Shown: one piece after another, positions 31,430 to 39,877 of the stretch
Position numbering within the stretch: the first letter of the stretch is position 1
How the letters are laid out: each line of letters opens with the position of its first letter
NCBI GenBank assembly: GCA_041288095.1
Contig: JBGGMJ010000103.1
Span: 1-39,877 of the forward strand
DNA length: 39,877 bases
Origin: Myxococcota bacterium
Lineage (GTDB): Bacteria; Myxococcota; XYA12-FULL-58-9; JALHOP01
Direction of reading: 5' to 3'
Notes under the pieces: model-generated
Told to the model about the DNA's origin: nothing
Database searches by the model: none
Seen by the model: only the letters and a program-made list of their open reading frames with translations
Position numbers and translations under genes: made by a program

Positions 31430-32056
31430 TCAGGTGACAGCCCACATCACCGACAACATCAGGATCCAGACGACGTCTAGAAAGTGCCAGTACTGCGCGC
31501 AGTAGCGCACGCCGCGGTGGCTCAAGCTCGAGTAGGTGCCGCGATAGGCGTTGCGCACACAAATGCCGAGCGGCACGAAGCCGCCCACGACGTGCAACGC
31601 GTGCACGCCCGTAAGCATGTAAAAGGTGAAGGCGTAGAGACTCTTGGAATTCGGTGCGAGGTCGCGATGCACCAGTGCGAGCCAGTTGAGCGTCTGGCCG
31701 GCGAGGAAGCCGAGCGCCAGCACGAAGGCGGCGACGAGCCAAAGTCGCAGCGTGTCGACGTTGTTCTTGCGAATCCCGCTTACAGCGCGGTGTAACGCGA
31801 CGCTCGCCGTGAGGATGAAGAGCGTGCTCGCGAGCAGCCCTAAAGGCAACCCGGGCTGCTCCGCGGTCCGCCACGTGTCGTTGTTGAAGCGGACGATGAG
31901 GTAGCCCGCCATGGTGCCGGCGAAGAGCACGCCGAGCGAGATCAGGAAGATGATCATCCCGAGCTGACCGGTGGAAACCTGCGGCAAGTCGCCGGAGCCG
32001 GGCTTGTCGGCGCCGCCTTCGACGACGTGGAAGCGGTCGCGGCCGGTGCCCGCCAT
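31430..32056 (-). CDS. Heme-copper oxidase subunit III-like protein (second copy)
   Basis: LGMIIFLISLGVLF, FYMLTGVHALHVVGG, YWHFLDVVW. Confidence 0.88.
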   Translation of the reverse strand: MAGTGRDRFHVVEGGADKPGSGDLPQVSTGQLGMIIFLISLGVLFAGTMAGYLIVRFNNDTWRTAEQPGLPLGLLASTLFILTASVALHRAVSGIRKNNVDTLRLWLVAAFVLALGFLAGQTLNWLALVHRDLAPNSKSLYAFTFYMLTGVHALHVVGGFVPLGICVRNAYRGTYSSLSHRGVRYCAQYWHFLDVVWILMLSVMWAVT

Positions 32057-32078
32057 GCGTCAACCCCTTGGCGAAGCG

Positions 32079-32453
32079 CTACTGGGCCTGCGCCTCGACG
32101 CGGCTCTGGATCGCTTGCTGATACTGCGCCGTGTCCAACATCGCGAAGCTCACGAACAAGAGCACGAAGAGCAACGAGCCCATGAAGATCATAAGGTTGA
32201 ACTTCCGGTCGTAGAGCAAGTGCATGAAGAACAGGCAGACCGCCGAGGCCTTCACGGTCGCGATGATCATCGCGATGACCAGGTTGGTGTAGGCGCCGAA
32301 GTTGAACATCGGCTGCGTCGCGGTGACGACCGTGACGACCGTCAAGACGATGAGCAGTCCCCAAACCAGGAGGAGGGTCTTCGCCGATATGACGTGCGAG
32401 ACGTGGTCTCCGTGACCATGACCGTGTTCGGCCGAGTGTGTCGTCGTGCTCAT
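32079..32453 (-). CDS. Cytochrome c oxidase subunit IV family protein
   Basis: LLIVLTVVTV, IATVKASAVCLFFMHLLYD; His-rich N-terminus. Confidence 0.88.
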   Translation of the reverse strand: MSTTTHSAEHGHGHGDHVSHVISAKTLLLVWGLLIVLTVVTVVTATQPMFNFGAYTNLVIAMIIATVKASAVCLFFMHLLYDRKFNLMIFMGSLLFVLLFVSFAMLDTAQYQQAIQSRVEAQAQ

Positions 32454-32466
32454 CGGAAAGACCTCG

Positions 32467-33321
32467 TTAGCGAATCAAGTAGAGGAGCGGGAACAAGTAG
32501 ATCCAGACCAAGTCGACCAAGTGCCAGTAGAGGGCCGCGAAATCGATCGCCGCGTACTGCTTCGGACCGAACTCGCCCTTGAGTGCCCGCCATAGCAGCC
32601 AGATGTACACGATGATGCCCGCGATGACGTGCAAGCCGTGCAGGCCGGTCATCGCGAAGTAGATGCTGAAAAAGATGGAGGTGTTGCGCGGCGTGGTGAC
32701 CTTGGCATCGCCGGCGGCCTCGTGAGTGACGGCTGGGCTCGCCGCGTGCTTCTCGGGCTGCGCCGTGGCGCCGTGGTCACCAGGACTACCGGTGTTGTCG
32801 ACCTGCGCGGTCGACCCCGCGGCTTCACTGTGCGGGGCTCCGTGACCGGTTTCCTCACCGTGTCCACCAGGCGCGTGCTTGGGGTTGAACTTCTCACCCC
32901 AGAGCAACCCTTCGTGGAACTTGTGCTGATACTCGACGTACTTGATGCCCAAGAAGCCGAACGCGCAGGCGATGGTGACGACGATGCAGCCGATCATCAG
33001 CTTGCGCTGGCCGAGCTGAGCGGCGCGCACCGACCAAGCGGCCGTGAGCGACGAGCAGATCAGCACCACGGTGTTGACGGCGCCGAGCGTCACGTCGAGG
33101 TAGCGGTGTGCGAACTCGAAGATCTCGGGGTGGTTGCTGCGGTAGACCGCGTAAGCGCAGAACAGTCCGCTAAAGAAGAGGATTTCCTGCACCAGGAACA
33201 GCCAGATACCGAGCTTGCCGGAATCGAACTGTTGCTGCGGCGAATCGAAGTGATGCGCCAAGTGCGGGTCGTGCCCGTGCCCGTGGTCGCCTTGATGGTC
33301 GTGTGCGGCTGCTGTCGACAT
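32467..33321 (-). CDS. ctaE: Cytochrome c oxidase subunit III
   Basis: KLGIWLFLVQEILFFSGLF, NTVVLICSSLT, YFAMTGLHGLHV, LYWHLVDLVWIYLFPLLYL. Confidence 0.92.
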   Translation of the reverse strand: MSTAAAHDHQGDHGHGHDPHLAHHFDSPQQQFDSGKLGIWLFLVQEILFFSGLFCAYAVYRSNHPEIFEFAHRYLDVTLGAVNTVVLICSSLTAAWSVRAAQLGQRKLMIGCIVVTIACAFGFLGIKYVEYQHKFHEGLLWGEKFNPKHAPGGHGEETGHGAPHSEAAGSTAQVDNTGSPGDHGATAQPEKHAASPAVTHEAAGDAKVTTPRNTSIFFSIYFAMTGLHGLHVIAGIIVYIWLLWRALKGEFGPKQYAAIDFAALYWHLVDLVWIYLFPLLYLIR

Positions 33322-33329
33322 CGTTTTCG

Positions 33330-34991
33330 TTAGCTCCTGCGCGCGACGTAGCCGTCGGTCTTCTCGTCGTAGGTGAGATGCGCGAAGTCGTAGGGATCGC
33401 GCGCGGTCGGCATGACCGCGAAGTTATCGTGCGGTGGCGGCGAGGCGCACTCCCATTCGAGCGTGGCGCCACCCCACGGATTGGCCGCTGACTTGCGACC
33501 GCGGAAGGCCGCAATGGCGAGGTTCACGAACGCAAGCACGATCCCGAAGCCGAGCAGATACGCGCCGAGAGTAGAAGCGACGTGGAATGCCTGGAACTCG
33601 GGCAGGTAGGTGAAGTAGCGCCGCGGCATGCCGCGGGTGCCCATGACGAACTGCGGGAAGAAGGTGACGTTGAAGCCGAGCGTCACCAGCACCGCGCCGA
33701 CCTTGCCCCAGAATTCGTTGTACATGCGGCCGAACATCTTCGGCCACCAGTGGTAGAGGCCACCGAACAAGGCGAGCAGCGTGCCGCCGACCATGACGTA
33801 GTGGAAGTGCGCGACGACGAAGTACGTGTCGTGCAGGTGGATGTCGACCGCCATAGCGGCCAGGAACAGACCGGTGAGACCACCGATGACGAAGAGGACG
33901 ATGAAGCCGAACGCGTACCACATGGGCGTCGTCAGCTGCAGCGAGCTCTTGTACATGGTCGCGAGCCAGTTGAAAATCTTGATCGCCGACGGAATCGCGA
34001 TGGTGAAGGTGATCGCCGAGAAGATGACCGAGGCGAGCGCCGACTGACCGCTGGTGAAGAGGTGGTGCCCCCAGACCAAGAAGCCCAAGAGCGCGATGGC
34101 GAGCGACGAGAAAGCGATGAAGCGATAGCCGAAGACATGCTTGCGGCTATGGACGCCGACGATCTCCGAGATGATGCCGAAGCCTGGCAAGATCATGATG
34201 TAGACGGCGGGGTGAGAGTAGAACCAGAAGAAGTGCTGGAAGAGCACGGGGTCGCCGCCGAGCGACGGGTCGAAGATGCCGACGTGCAGGGTGCGCTCGA
34301 CGGTTAGCAGCAAGACCGTGATAGCGAGCACCGGCGTCGCCAAGACCTGAATGATAGCGGTCGAGTAGATCGCCCAGAGAAACAGCGGCATGCGGAACCA
34401 GGTCATGCCCTCGGCGCGCAGCTTGTGAATCGTGACGATGAAGTTCATGCCCGTGAAGATCGAGCTGAAGCCGAGAATGAACACGCCCATCGTCGCCCAG
34501 ACGACGCCGTTCGCGGGAGTGGTGACGCTGTACGGGGTGTAGAAGGTCCAGCCGGTGTCGATGCTGCCGTGCACCATGGCCGTCACGAAGAAGATGGCGC
34601 CGAAGACCCACAGGTAATAGCTCGCGAGGTTCAGCTTCGGAAACGCGACGTCCTTCGCGCCCAGCATGATCGGCAGCACGAAGTTGCCCAGCGCTCCCGG
34701 AATCGCCGGGATGATGAACAAGAAGACCATGATCGCGCCGTGCAGCGTGAACATGCGGTTGTAGGTGTCGTGGTCCATGATGCCGGGACCAGGCGTGAGC
34801 AGCTCCGTCCGCAATAGCAGGGCGAAGACGCCGCCGAGCATGAGCGCGCCGACCGTCGAGCACAGGTACATGATGCCGATGCGCTTGTGGTCGAGCGTCA
34901 GCGCCCACGACTTAAAGCCGTGCGCGTGCGTGAGGTAGTTGTCCTCGGCGTGGGAAGGGGCGCCGTGGCCCACGGTGTCGAGACTGCTCAT
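33330..34991 (-). CDS. ctaD: Cytochrome c oxidase subunit I (A2 type)
   Basis: [48 protein letters not shown]. Confidence 0.97.
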   Translation of the reverse strand: MSSLDTVGHGAPSHAEDNYLTHAHGFKSWALTLDHKRIGIMYLCSTVGALMLGGVFALLLRTELLTPGPGIMDHDTYNRMFTLHGAIMVFLFIIPAIPGALGNFVLPIMLGAKDVAFPKLNLASYYLWVFGAIFFVTAMVHGSIDTGWTFYTPYSVTTPANGVVWATMGVFILGFSSIFTGMNFIVTIHKLRAEGMTWFRMPLFLWAIYSTAIIQVLATPVLAITVLLLTVERTLHVGIFDPSLGGDPVLFQHFFWFYSHPAVYIMILPGFGIISEIVGVHSRKHVFGYRFIAFSSLAIALLGFLVWGHHLFTSGQSALASVIFSAITFTIAIPSAIKIFNWLATMYKSSLQLTTPMWYAFGFIVLFVIGGLTGLFLAAMAVDIHLHDTYFVVAHFHYVMVGGTLLALFGGLYHWWPKMFGRMYNEFWGKVGAVLVTLGFNVTFFPQFVMGTRGMPRRYFTYLPEFQAFHVASTLGAYLLGFGIVLAFVNLAIAAFRGRKSAANPWGGATLEWECASPPPHDNFAVMPTARDPYDFAHLTYDEKTDGYVARRS

Positions 34992-35001
34992 GAAACGATC
35001 C

Positions 35002-35979
35002 TCACTTCAGCGTCTTGAAGTATTCGATGATGGCGGTGATGTCGCGATCCTTCAGCTTGCCCTGGAACGTCGGCATCACGGGGCCGAAGCCGGCCACGAC
35101 CTGCGCCTGCGGCTGCAAGATCGAAGTGCGGACGTAGTTCTCGTCGACGGTAACCGAAGAGCCATCGCTAAGCTTCTCGCTACGACCCCAGATGCCCTTC
35201 CATGACGGGCCGGTCGAGGTGCTGCCGTCCACGGTGTGGCATTGCAAGCAGCCGCGTTGCTTGACGAGGAGCTCGCCGGCTTCGACGGGGCTCATGCGCT
35301 CGTGGATGTTGCCGGCTTGGGCGAGCCAACTGCTGAACTCGGCTTCCGTGTGGACGACGACCTTCGAGAGCATTTCGCTGTGCTTGGTGCCGCAGTACTC
35401 GGTGCAGAAGATGACGAACTCACCGGTCTCGGTCGCCTCGAACCACTCTTCGGTGTAGCGGCCGGGCACCACGTCTTGCTTGGTGCGGAATGCCGGGATG
35501 AAGAGGGAGTGGATGACGTCTTCGCTGCTCATCACCAGGCGCACCGGGCGATGCACCGGCACGTGCAGCGTGTCGCTCACGGTTCCGTCGGGGTAGGTAA
35601 ACGCCCAGGCCCACTTAACTCCGGTGACGTTGACGACGTAGCTGTCGTCGGGCGGCGTATGCGTGTCCATGTAGCCGGTGAGGCCGAAGTAGAAGATGAA
35701 GACGCAGAGGATGGCGGGGACGACGGTCCAGGTGACCTCGAGCGCCGTGTTGTGTCCCGCCTCGGCCGCTGGAGCGGTCTTCGCCGAGCGAAACTTGATC
35801 ATGAACCAAGCGCCGGCGGCGAGGATGAGCACCGTGAAGAAGACGCTGATCCAGTAGATGAAGTAGTAGATCCAATCGATCTCGGCCGCGACCGTCGACG
35901 CTTGCGGCGGGAACCAATAGGTAGCTTCGCTCCCCGCCGTGACGAGCTGCGAGAGTAAGCTTGCGACCAACGTATTCAT
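35002..35979 (-). CDS. coxB: Cytochrome c oxidase subunit II with fused C-terminal cytochrome c (caa3 type)
   Basis: LEVTWT, DVIHSLF, CuA motif [12 protein letters not shown], then CLQCH...MP. Confidence 0.95.
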   Translation of the reverse strand: MNTLVASLLSQLVTAGSEATYWFPPQASTVAAEIDWIYYFIYWISVFFTVLILAAGAWFMIKFRSAKTAPAAEAGHNTALEVTWTVVPAILCVFIFYFGLTGYMDTHTPPDDSYVVNVTGVKWAWAFTYPDGTVSDTLHVPVHRPVRLVMSSEDVIHSLFIPAFRTKQDVVPGRYTEEWFEATETGEFVIFCTEYCGTKHSEMLSKVVVHTEAEFSSWLAQAGNIHERMSPVEAGELLVKQRGCLQCHTVDGSTSTGPSWKGIWGRSEKLSDGSSVTVDENYVRTSILQPQAQVVAGFGPVMPTFQGKLKDRDITAIIEYFKTLK

Positions 35980-36848
35980 TGCCTGACCTCGTGCGGAACC
36001 TTGATACCAGGGGAAGCGTCGGCCGCGCCCCTCTTAGATCTTTTGCGGCGTTCTCTCAACCACAACGCACCCAAGAACGCGGCGAAAAACAGGACGAATC
36101 CGGCGCCGCCGATCCTCATGACGTTGTTGGCGACCATGACGTAGCTACCGGCGGTGGCGTCGTAGTGGAAGCAGTAGAGGATGACCTTGTCGAGCGTCGA
36201 ACCGCTCTTGCCGGAGGTAGCCTCGACGAGCGACAGGCGCAGCGTCTCGGGGCTGTGCTGTAGGCCGTACATGTAGCGGGAGACGACGCCCGCAGGGGTA
36301 AGGAGCATCATCGCCGCGACGTGCAGGTACTCCTTGCGCGTTTCGCTGTAGGCGTAGCCGAAACCGACGCTGTTCGCTAAAGCGTGCACGTTGTCGTCAC
36401 TGCCCACGAGGAAGTGCCAGCCCGCGGCGGCGCTCTCACGGCCGTAGTCTTTGACATAGCGCGCCTTGGTGGCCGCGGCGCGATCCGGCTTCTCGTTGGG
36501 GTCGAGGCTCACGGTGAGGATCTCGAACTCGTCGCCGACGCTCCAGCGCATCTCGCGCAGGGTCTTCACGAACTGATTGAGCTGCAGACTGCAGAGCATC
36601 GGGCAGTCCGAGTAGTTCATGGTGAGGATGACCGGCTTACCGCTCTTGAAGTAATCGCCGAGGGTCACCGACTTGCCTTCGGAGTCCGTGAACGCAAGGC
36701 CGGTGAGCACGTTGGCGCCGAGCTTCTCGGTGATCTCGACGCCCTGCAGCTCCTTGGGGAGCGGCTCGGCTCGGCCTGGGCGCTCTTCAGCCTGGGAGGG
36801 CGGAGCGCCAAGAGCTGCGGCGAACGCCATCACGGCCAAGGAGATCAT
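35976..36848 (-). CDS. SCO1/SenC family protein
   Basis: Signal peptide, CPMLC, distal His (EYLHVA), LYCFHYD, C-terminal TM; typical of ACIII-cox clusters. Confidence 0.9.
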   Translation of the reverse strand: MISLAVMAFAAALGAPPSQAEERPGRAEPLPKELQGVEITEKLGANVLTGLAFTDSEGKSVTLGDYFKSGKPVILTMNYSDCPMLCSLQLNQFVKTLREMRWSVGDEFEILTVSLDPNEKPDRAAATKARYVKDYGRESAAAGWHFLVGSDDNVHALANSVGFGYAYSETRKEYLHVAAMMLLTPAGVVSRYMYGLQHSPETLRLSLVEATSGKSGSTLDKVILYCFHYDATAGSYVMVANNVMRIGGAGFVLFFAAFLGALWLRERRKRSKRGAADASPGIKVPHEVRQ

Positions 36849-37279
36849 GGGGTGGGTACGCGACGCGCTTTCTCTTGCTTGGGGCCGTCCGAGGTCGCGT
36901 TGGGGCTAGGCAGCATGCGGCGCTCGAGGCCGCCCTGGCCGCTATCGACGGCGTCGGAATGCGACGGGGCGCTGTCGAGCTTGTGCGAGCTCGCGAGCTC
37001 CTGCGTGACCTTCGCCATGGCGATGTCGATCGGCAAGTGCACGGTGCGGGCCTTCTCGTCGCTCCAACGGTAGCCGCCGCCGAGCTTCTCGTGTTGCTCC
37101 TCTTGGTACTTCACGAGGGTGCGCGGCTTGCTGTCGATGAGCTTGATCTGCGTCTGCTCGTCCTCGAGCTGCATGAAGGCGACGCGAGTCAGAGTGATGA
37201 AGACGTAGACGGCGACGACCGAGCACACACCGATGACGGTGATTCGTGGAACGTCGACATCATCATTCATTGCCGCCAT
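36845..37279 (-). CDS. actG: Alternative complex III ActG-like small subunit
   Basis: One N-terminal TM; YRWSD...VHLPIDIAM motif; lies between actF and sco. Confidence 0.65.
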   Translation of the reverse strand: MAAMNDDVDVPRITVIGVCSVVAVYVFITLTRVAFMQLEDEQTQIKLIDSKPRTLVKYQEEQHEKLGGGYRWSDEKARTVHLPIDIAMAKVTQELASSHKLDSAPSHSDAVDSGQGGLERRMLPSPNATSDGPKQEKARRVPTP

Positions 37280-37288
37280 GAAAAACCT

Positions 37289-38524
37289 CTAGATGTTCTC
37301 GAACGAGAGCGCTTCGGTGACGCGCGGATCCTTGAGCGGGACGAGCGAGCGGCGGCTACCCAGGAAGCCGACCACCGCGAGGAAGATGCCGACCATGCCG
37401 ACCCACGAGAGGACTTCCATCGGGCCGAACGGGATGCCGTGAGCGTCGTGTCCGCCGACCGTGGGCAACACATACCAGGCGATGTCGACGTAGTGCATGA
37501 CCAGCAGCCACACAGCGAAGAACGCAAGCCCCTTGCGGTTACGCTTCACGTGCCGCGATAGCAGACCAGCCATCGGGAACGCCCAGTGGCCGAGCAAGAG
37601 GAACCACGAGAACCAATACCAGGGCCCCTGGAAGCGGTGCAGGTAGAACTCGGTCTCTTCGGGGATGTTCGCGTACCAGATGAGCATGAACTGCGAGAAG
37701 CAGATGTAGCTCCAGAAGAAGGTGAAGCCGAAGAGGAGCTTGCCGAGGTCGTGGTAATGCTCGGTGTTGAGCACCTGGGTCATGCGACCGCTCTTCTGCA
37801 ACGCCATCGCGAACAAGATGAGGAAGGAGAGCGACGAGGTGCAGGCGCCGGCGAAGAAGTAGACGCCGATCATCGTAGAGAACCAGGTCGGCGCGAGGGA
37901 CATGATGAAGTCGATGCTCGCGAAGGTCAGCGTCAAGGCGAAGAGCAGCGTTGCGGGGCCCGACACGATCTCCATGCGGCGCGTGAGCTTCGGGTCACCG
38001 GAGGAGTCCTGCTTGGTCGAGCTCGACAAGAAGTACCATGACAGCAGCGCCCAGATGGCGAAGTAGACAACGCAGCGGACCAGGAAGAAGTTCAGATTGA
38101 GGTACGGCGCTTTGTGCTCGAGCAGGTGGCTTTGGCTGACCACCTCATGATCGGTCCACGGGTATAGCGAGTGGTTGCCCATGGCGACGGAGACGATGAT
38201 CGGCAGGGCGAGGACCGCGAGCACTGGTAGGACGCCCGCGCCAAGCTCCGCGAGCCGGCGCACCGTGACACTCCAGCCCGAGCGGAACAGGTACTGGATG
38301 CCGACGAAGAAGAGGCAACCGAGCGCGATGGTGAGGACGAAGTAGAACGCCAGGAGATAGGCGTGCAGGAAGCGTCCGAGGTGATCGTCCGCCGCGACGC
38401 CCATGGCCGCCGCACCGCCTAAAGCAAGGAGACCGACGATGCCGCCGATGATGGTGAGCTTGGTGCCCGCGGCACCAAACGAGTAGTTGTCTTTCGGGAG
38501 CTCGACGAGAGTTGGACCACTCAT
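37289..38524 (-). CDS. actF: Alternative complex III membrane subunit ActF
   Basis: About 10 TMs; GWSVTVRR, LYPW, KAPYLN, WFST, HYHDLGKLLF, SQFMLIWYANIPEE. Confidence 0.9.
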   Translation of the reverse strand: MSGPTLVELPKDNYSFGAAGTKLTIIGGIVGLLALGGAAAMGVAADDHLGRFLHAYLLAFYFVLTIALGCLFFVGIQYLFRSGWSVTVRRLAELGAGVLPVLAVLALPIIVSVAMGNHSLYPWTDHEVVSQSHLLEHKAPYLNLNFFLVRCVVYFAIWALLSWYFLSSSTKQDSSGDPKLTRRMEIVSGPATLLFALTLTFASIDFIMSLAPTWFSTMIGVYFFAGACTSSLSFLILFAMALQKSGRMTQVLNTEHYHDLGKLLFGFTFFWSYICFSQFMLIWYANIPEETEFYLHRFQGPWYWFSWFLLLGHWAFPMAGLLSRHVKRNRKGLAFFAVWLLVMHYVDIAWYVLPTVGGHDAHGIPFGPMEVLSWVGMVGIFLAVVGFLGSRRSLVPLKDPRVTEALSFENI

Positions 38525-38532
38525 GTTCGTTA

Positions 38533-39774
38533 TTACCTCAAAGCCCCACGTTGATTGGCGGGCACGTCGTCGACGCTCGCCGCGTCAGACCGCTGTAGCG
38601 CACGGATGTAGAGAGTGATGGCCCAGCGATCCATCTCGGGGATCTGCGAGGCGTAGCCCGGCATGTTGCGGATGCCGTTCGAGATGACGTTGTAGAAGTG
38701 GCCGACGGGCTCCTTGGCCAGACGTGGCTCGTGCAGCGACGTCGGCGCCACCCAGGTGCCCTCCGAGAGCTCCTCGGCCCTACGTGCCACCATGCCGTCG
38801 CCGTAACCTGCCTGGCCGTGGCAGGGTGCGCAGTAGATGTTGAAGCGCTCTTGGCCGCGCGCCATCGCCGCCGCGGTGACTTGAAACTGCGGCGGGAAGT
38901 CGGTCACGAACTTGTCGTTGGTGCCGGCCTGGACGCCGCGCGACAGGTGATCGTCGAGCGCCAGGTCGTCTTGCGCGACGGTGCCCGCGATCGGTGGACG
39001 CATGGTGCGGCCGTCGGCGAAGAAGTCAGTGCGCCGCTGGGTCTTGTACTTCTCCTGGTAGTCCATATTGCTGACCAGGTTCAGCGGAGCGTCCGGGCTC
39101 TTGGTGTAGCGGGCCTGCGCGATGCGCGCCATCGGCACGAACGACAGGAACGTGGCGATCAGCAGGCCATAGATGATCGGCCGCGGCAGCGCGGCGTTGA
39201 CCTTGCGGTCGTCATCGACGCTCTCTAGCGCCGTCGGGTGCGTCCGCTCGAGCAGACTCTTGGTCTTCTGTTCGTCGAAGAGCTTGTCGTCCGACTCGAT
39301 CGAGATGAAGAACTTGTCGTCGGTTGCCTTGGCGAAGCGCTTCTTCTTGAAGAGCGGGTGATAGAGGTCGGGCAGGCTGTTGAGCACCAAGCAGCCGCCG
39401 AAGGCGGTGAGCGCCGACAGCAAGATGGTGGTCTCGAAGGCAACCGGGACGAACGCCGGCACGCTCCACAACGGCTTACCCGAGACGATCCACGGGTAGT
39501 CGAAGCCGTTGAGCCCGATCTCCATGAGGAGGCCGAGCACCATACCGGTGAGGCCGGCCCCGAGGACGAGCCAGGGCAAGATGGTCGCGCGGATGCCCAT
39601 CGCCGGATCGATGCCGTGCACCGGGAAGGGTGAGTAGGCGTCCCACTTCTTGTATCCGGCATCGCGGACGGCCTTGCAGGCTTCGACGAGCGCCTGCGGG
39701 GTCGCATACTCCGCGAGGTAAGAGAACACCTTCTGTTCGCCGGCGGTGACTTCGGGAGTCTTACGGTGTGCCAT
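38533..39774 (-). CDS. Alternative complex III ActD-ActE fusion (DUF3341 + monoheme cytochrome c)
   Basis: DAYSPFPVHG, SGKP, FETTIL, ATDDKFF (ActD), then MDYQEK, FADG..MRPP..GTV, GQERFNIYCAPCHG, MPGY..QI...DRWAI (ActE), all in one frame. Confidence 0.9.
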   Translation of the reverse strand: MAHRKTPEVTAGEQKVFSYLAEYATPQALVEACKAVRDAGYKKWDAYSPFPVHGIDPAMGIRATILPWLVLGAGLTGMVLGLLMEIGLNGFDYPWIVSGKPLWSVPAFVPVAFETTILLSALTAFGGCLVLNSLPDLYHPLFKKKRFAKATDDKFFISIESDDKLFDEQKTKSLLERTHPTALESVDDDRKVNAALPRPIIYGLLIATFLSFVPMARIAQARYTKSPDAPLNLVSNMDYQEKYKTQRRTDFFADGRTMRPPIAGTVAQDDLALDDHLSRGVQAGTNDKFVTDFPPQFQVTAAAMARGQERFNIYCAPCHGQAGYGDGMVARRAEELSEGTWVAPTSLHEPRLAKEPVGHFYNVISNGIRNMPGYASQIPEMDRWAITLYIRALQRSDAASVDDVPANQRGALR

Positions 39775-39776
39775 GA

Positions 39777-39877
39777 TTAGTGGGCCCCAACGTGCGCGTG
39801 CTTCTTGGCGTCGTGCGGCTCATGCCCGTGTGCTTGCGGCATGACGGTCTTCATTTCCGCCATCGCGATGATCGGCA
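39777..39877 (-). CDS. actC: C-terminal tail of alternative complex III ActC (NrfD family), partial
   Basis: Manual translation ...PIIAMAEMKTVMPQAHGHEPHDAKKHAHVGAH*; the P-x-I-A-M-x-E-x-K ending is typical of ActC and it precedes actD. Confidence 0.7.
   Translation of the reverse strand, partial: PIIAMAEMKTVMPQAHGHEPHDAKKHAHVGAH

Overview
High-GC bacterial chromosome segment with Myxococcota/Deltaproteobacteria-like gene content (FHA-sigma54 activator, Ser/Thr kinase with PEGA domain, DUF1592/DUF1552 pair, ACIII-caa3 cluster). The lineage is an inference. Housekeeping genes: NTP-translocase-like membrane protein (partial), flavin amine oxidase, TatD, rimP-nusA-ylxR/L7Ae-infB, DUF503 (ylxP), ligA, acylphosphatase, a FadR/YsiA-like TetR, and the 3' part of an alternative complex III (actC partial, actDE fusion, actF, actG) joined to an A2-type caa3 oxidase (sco, coxB, ctaD, two subunit III genes, subunit IV). 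Most interesting accessory content: (1) two related sigma54-preceded 'monoheme lipoprotein + Tat-exported partner' operons, one of which looks like a split version of the other; (2) a ~9.9 kb block between infB and ylxP holding a kinase/FHA-EBP module and three orphan genes that share a sigma28-like GCAAC-N14/15-GYCGATA promoter motif, including an ankyrin protein with a permuted His-Asn-Cys protease-like triad; (3) two paralogous orphan helical-hairpin proteins with a PGPDGKVxxAAQQAY motif. I found no tRNA, rRNA, CRISPR array, transposase or integrase. All family calls come from reading motifs by eye; no database search was run.
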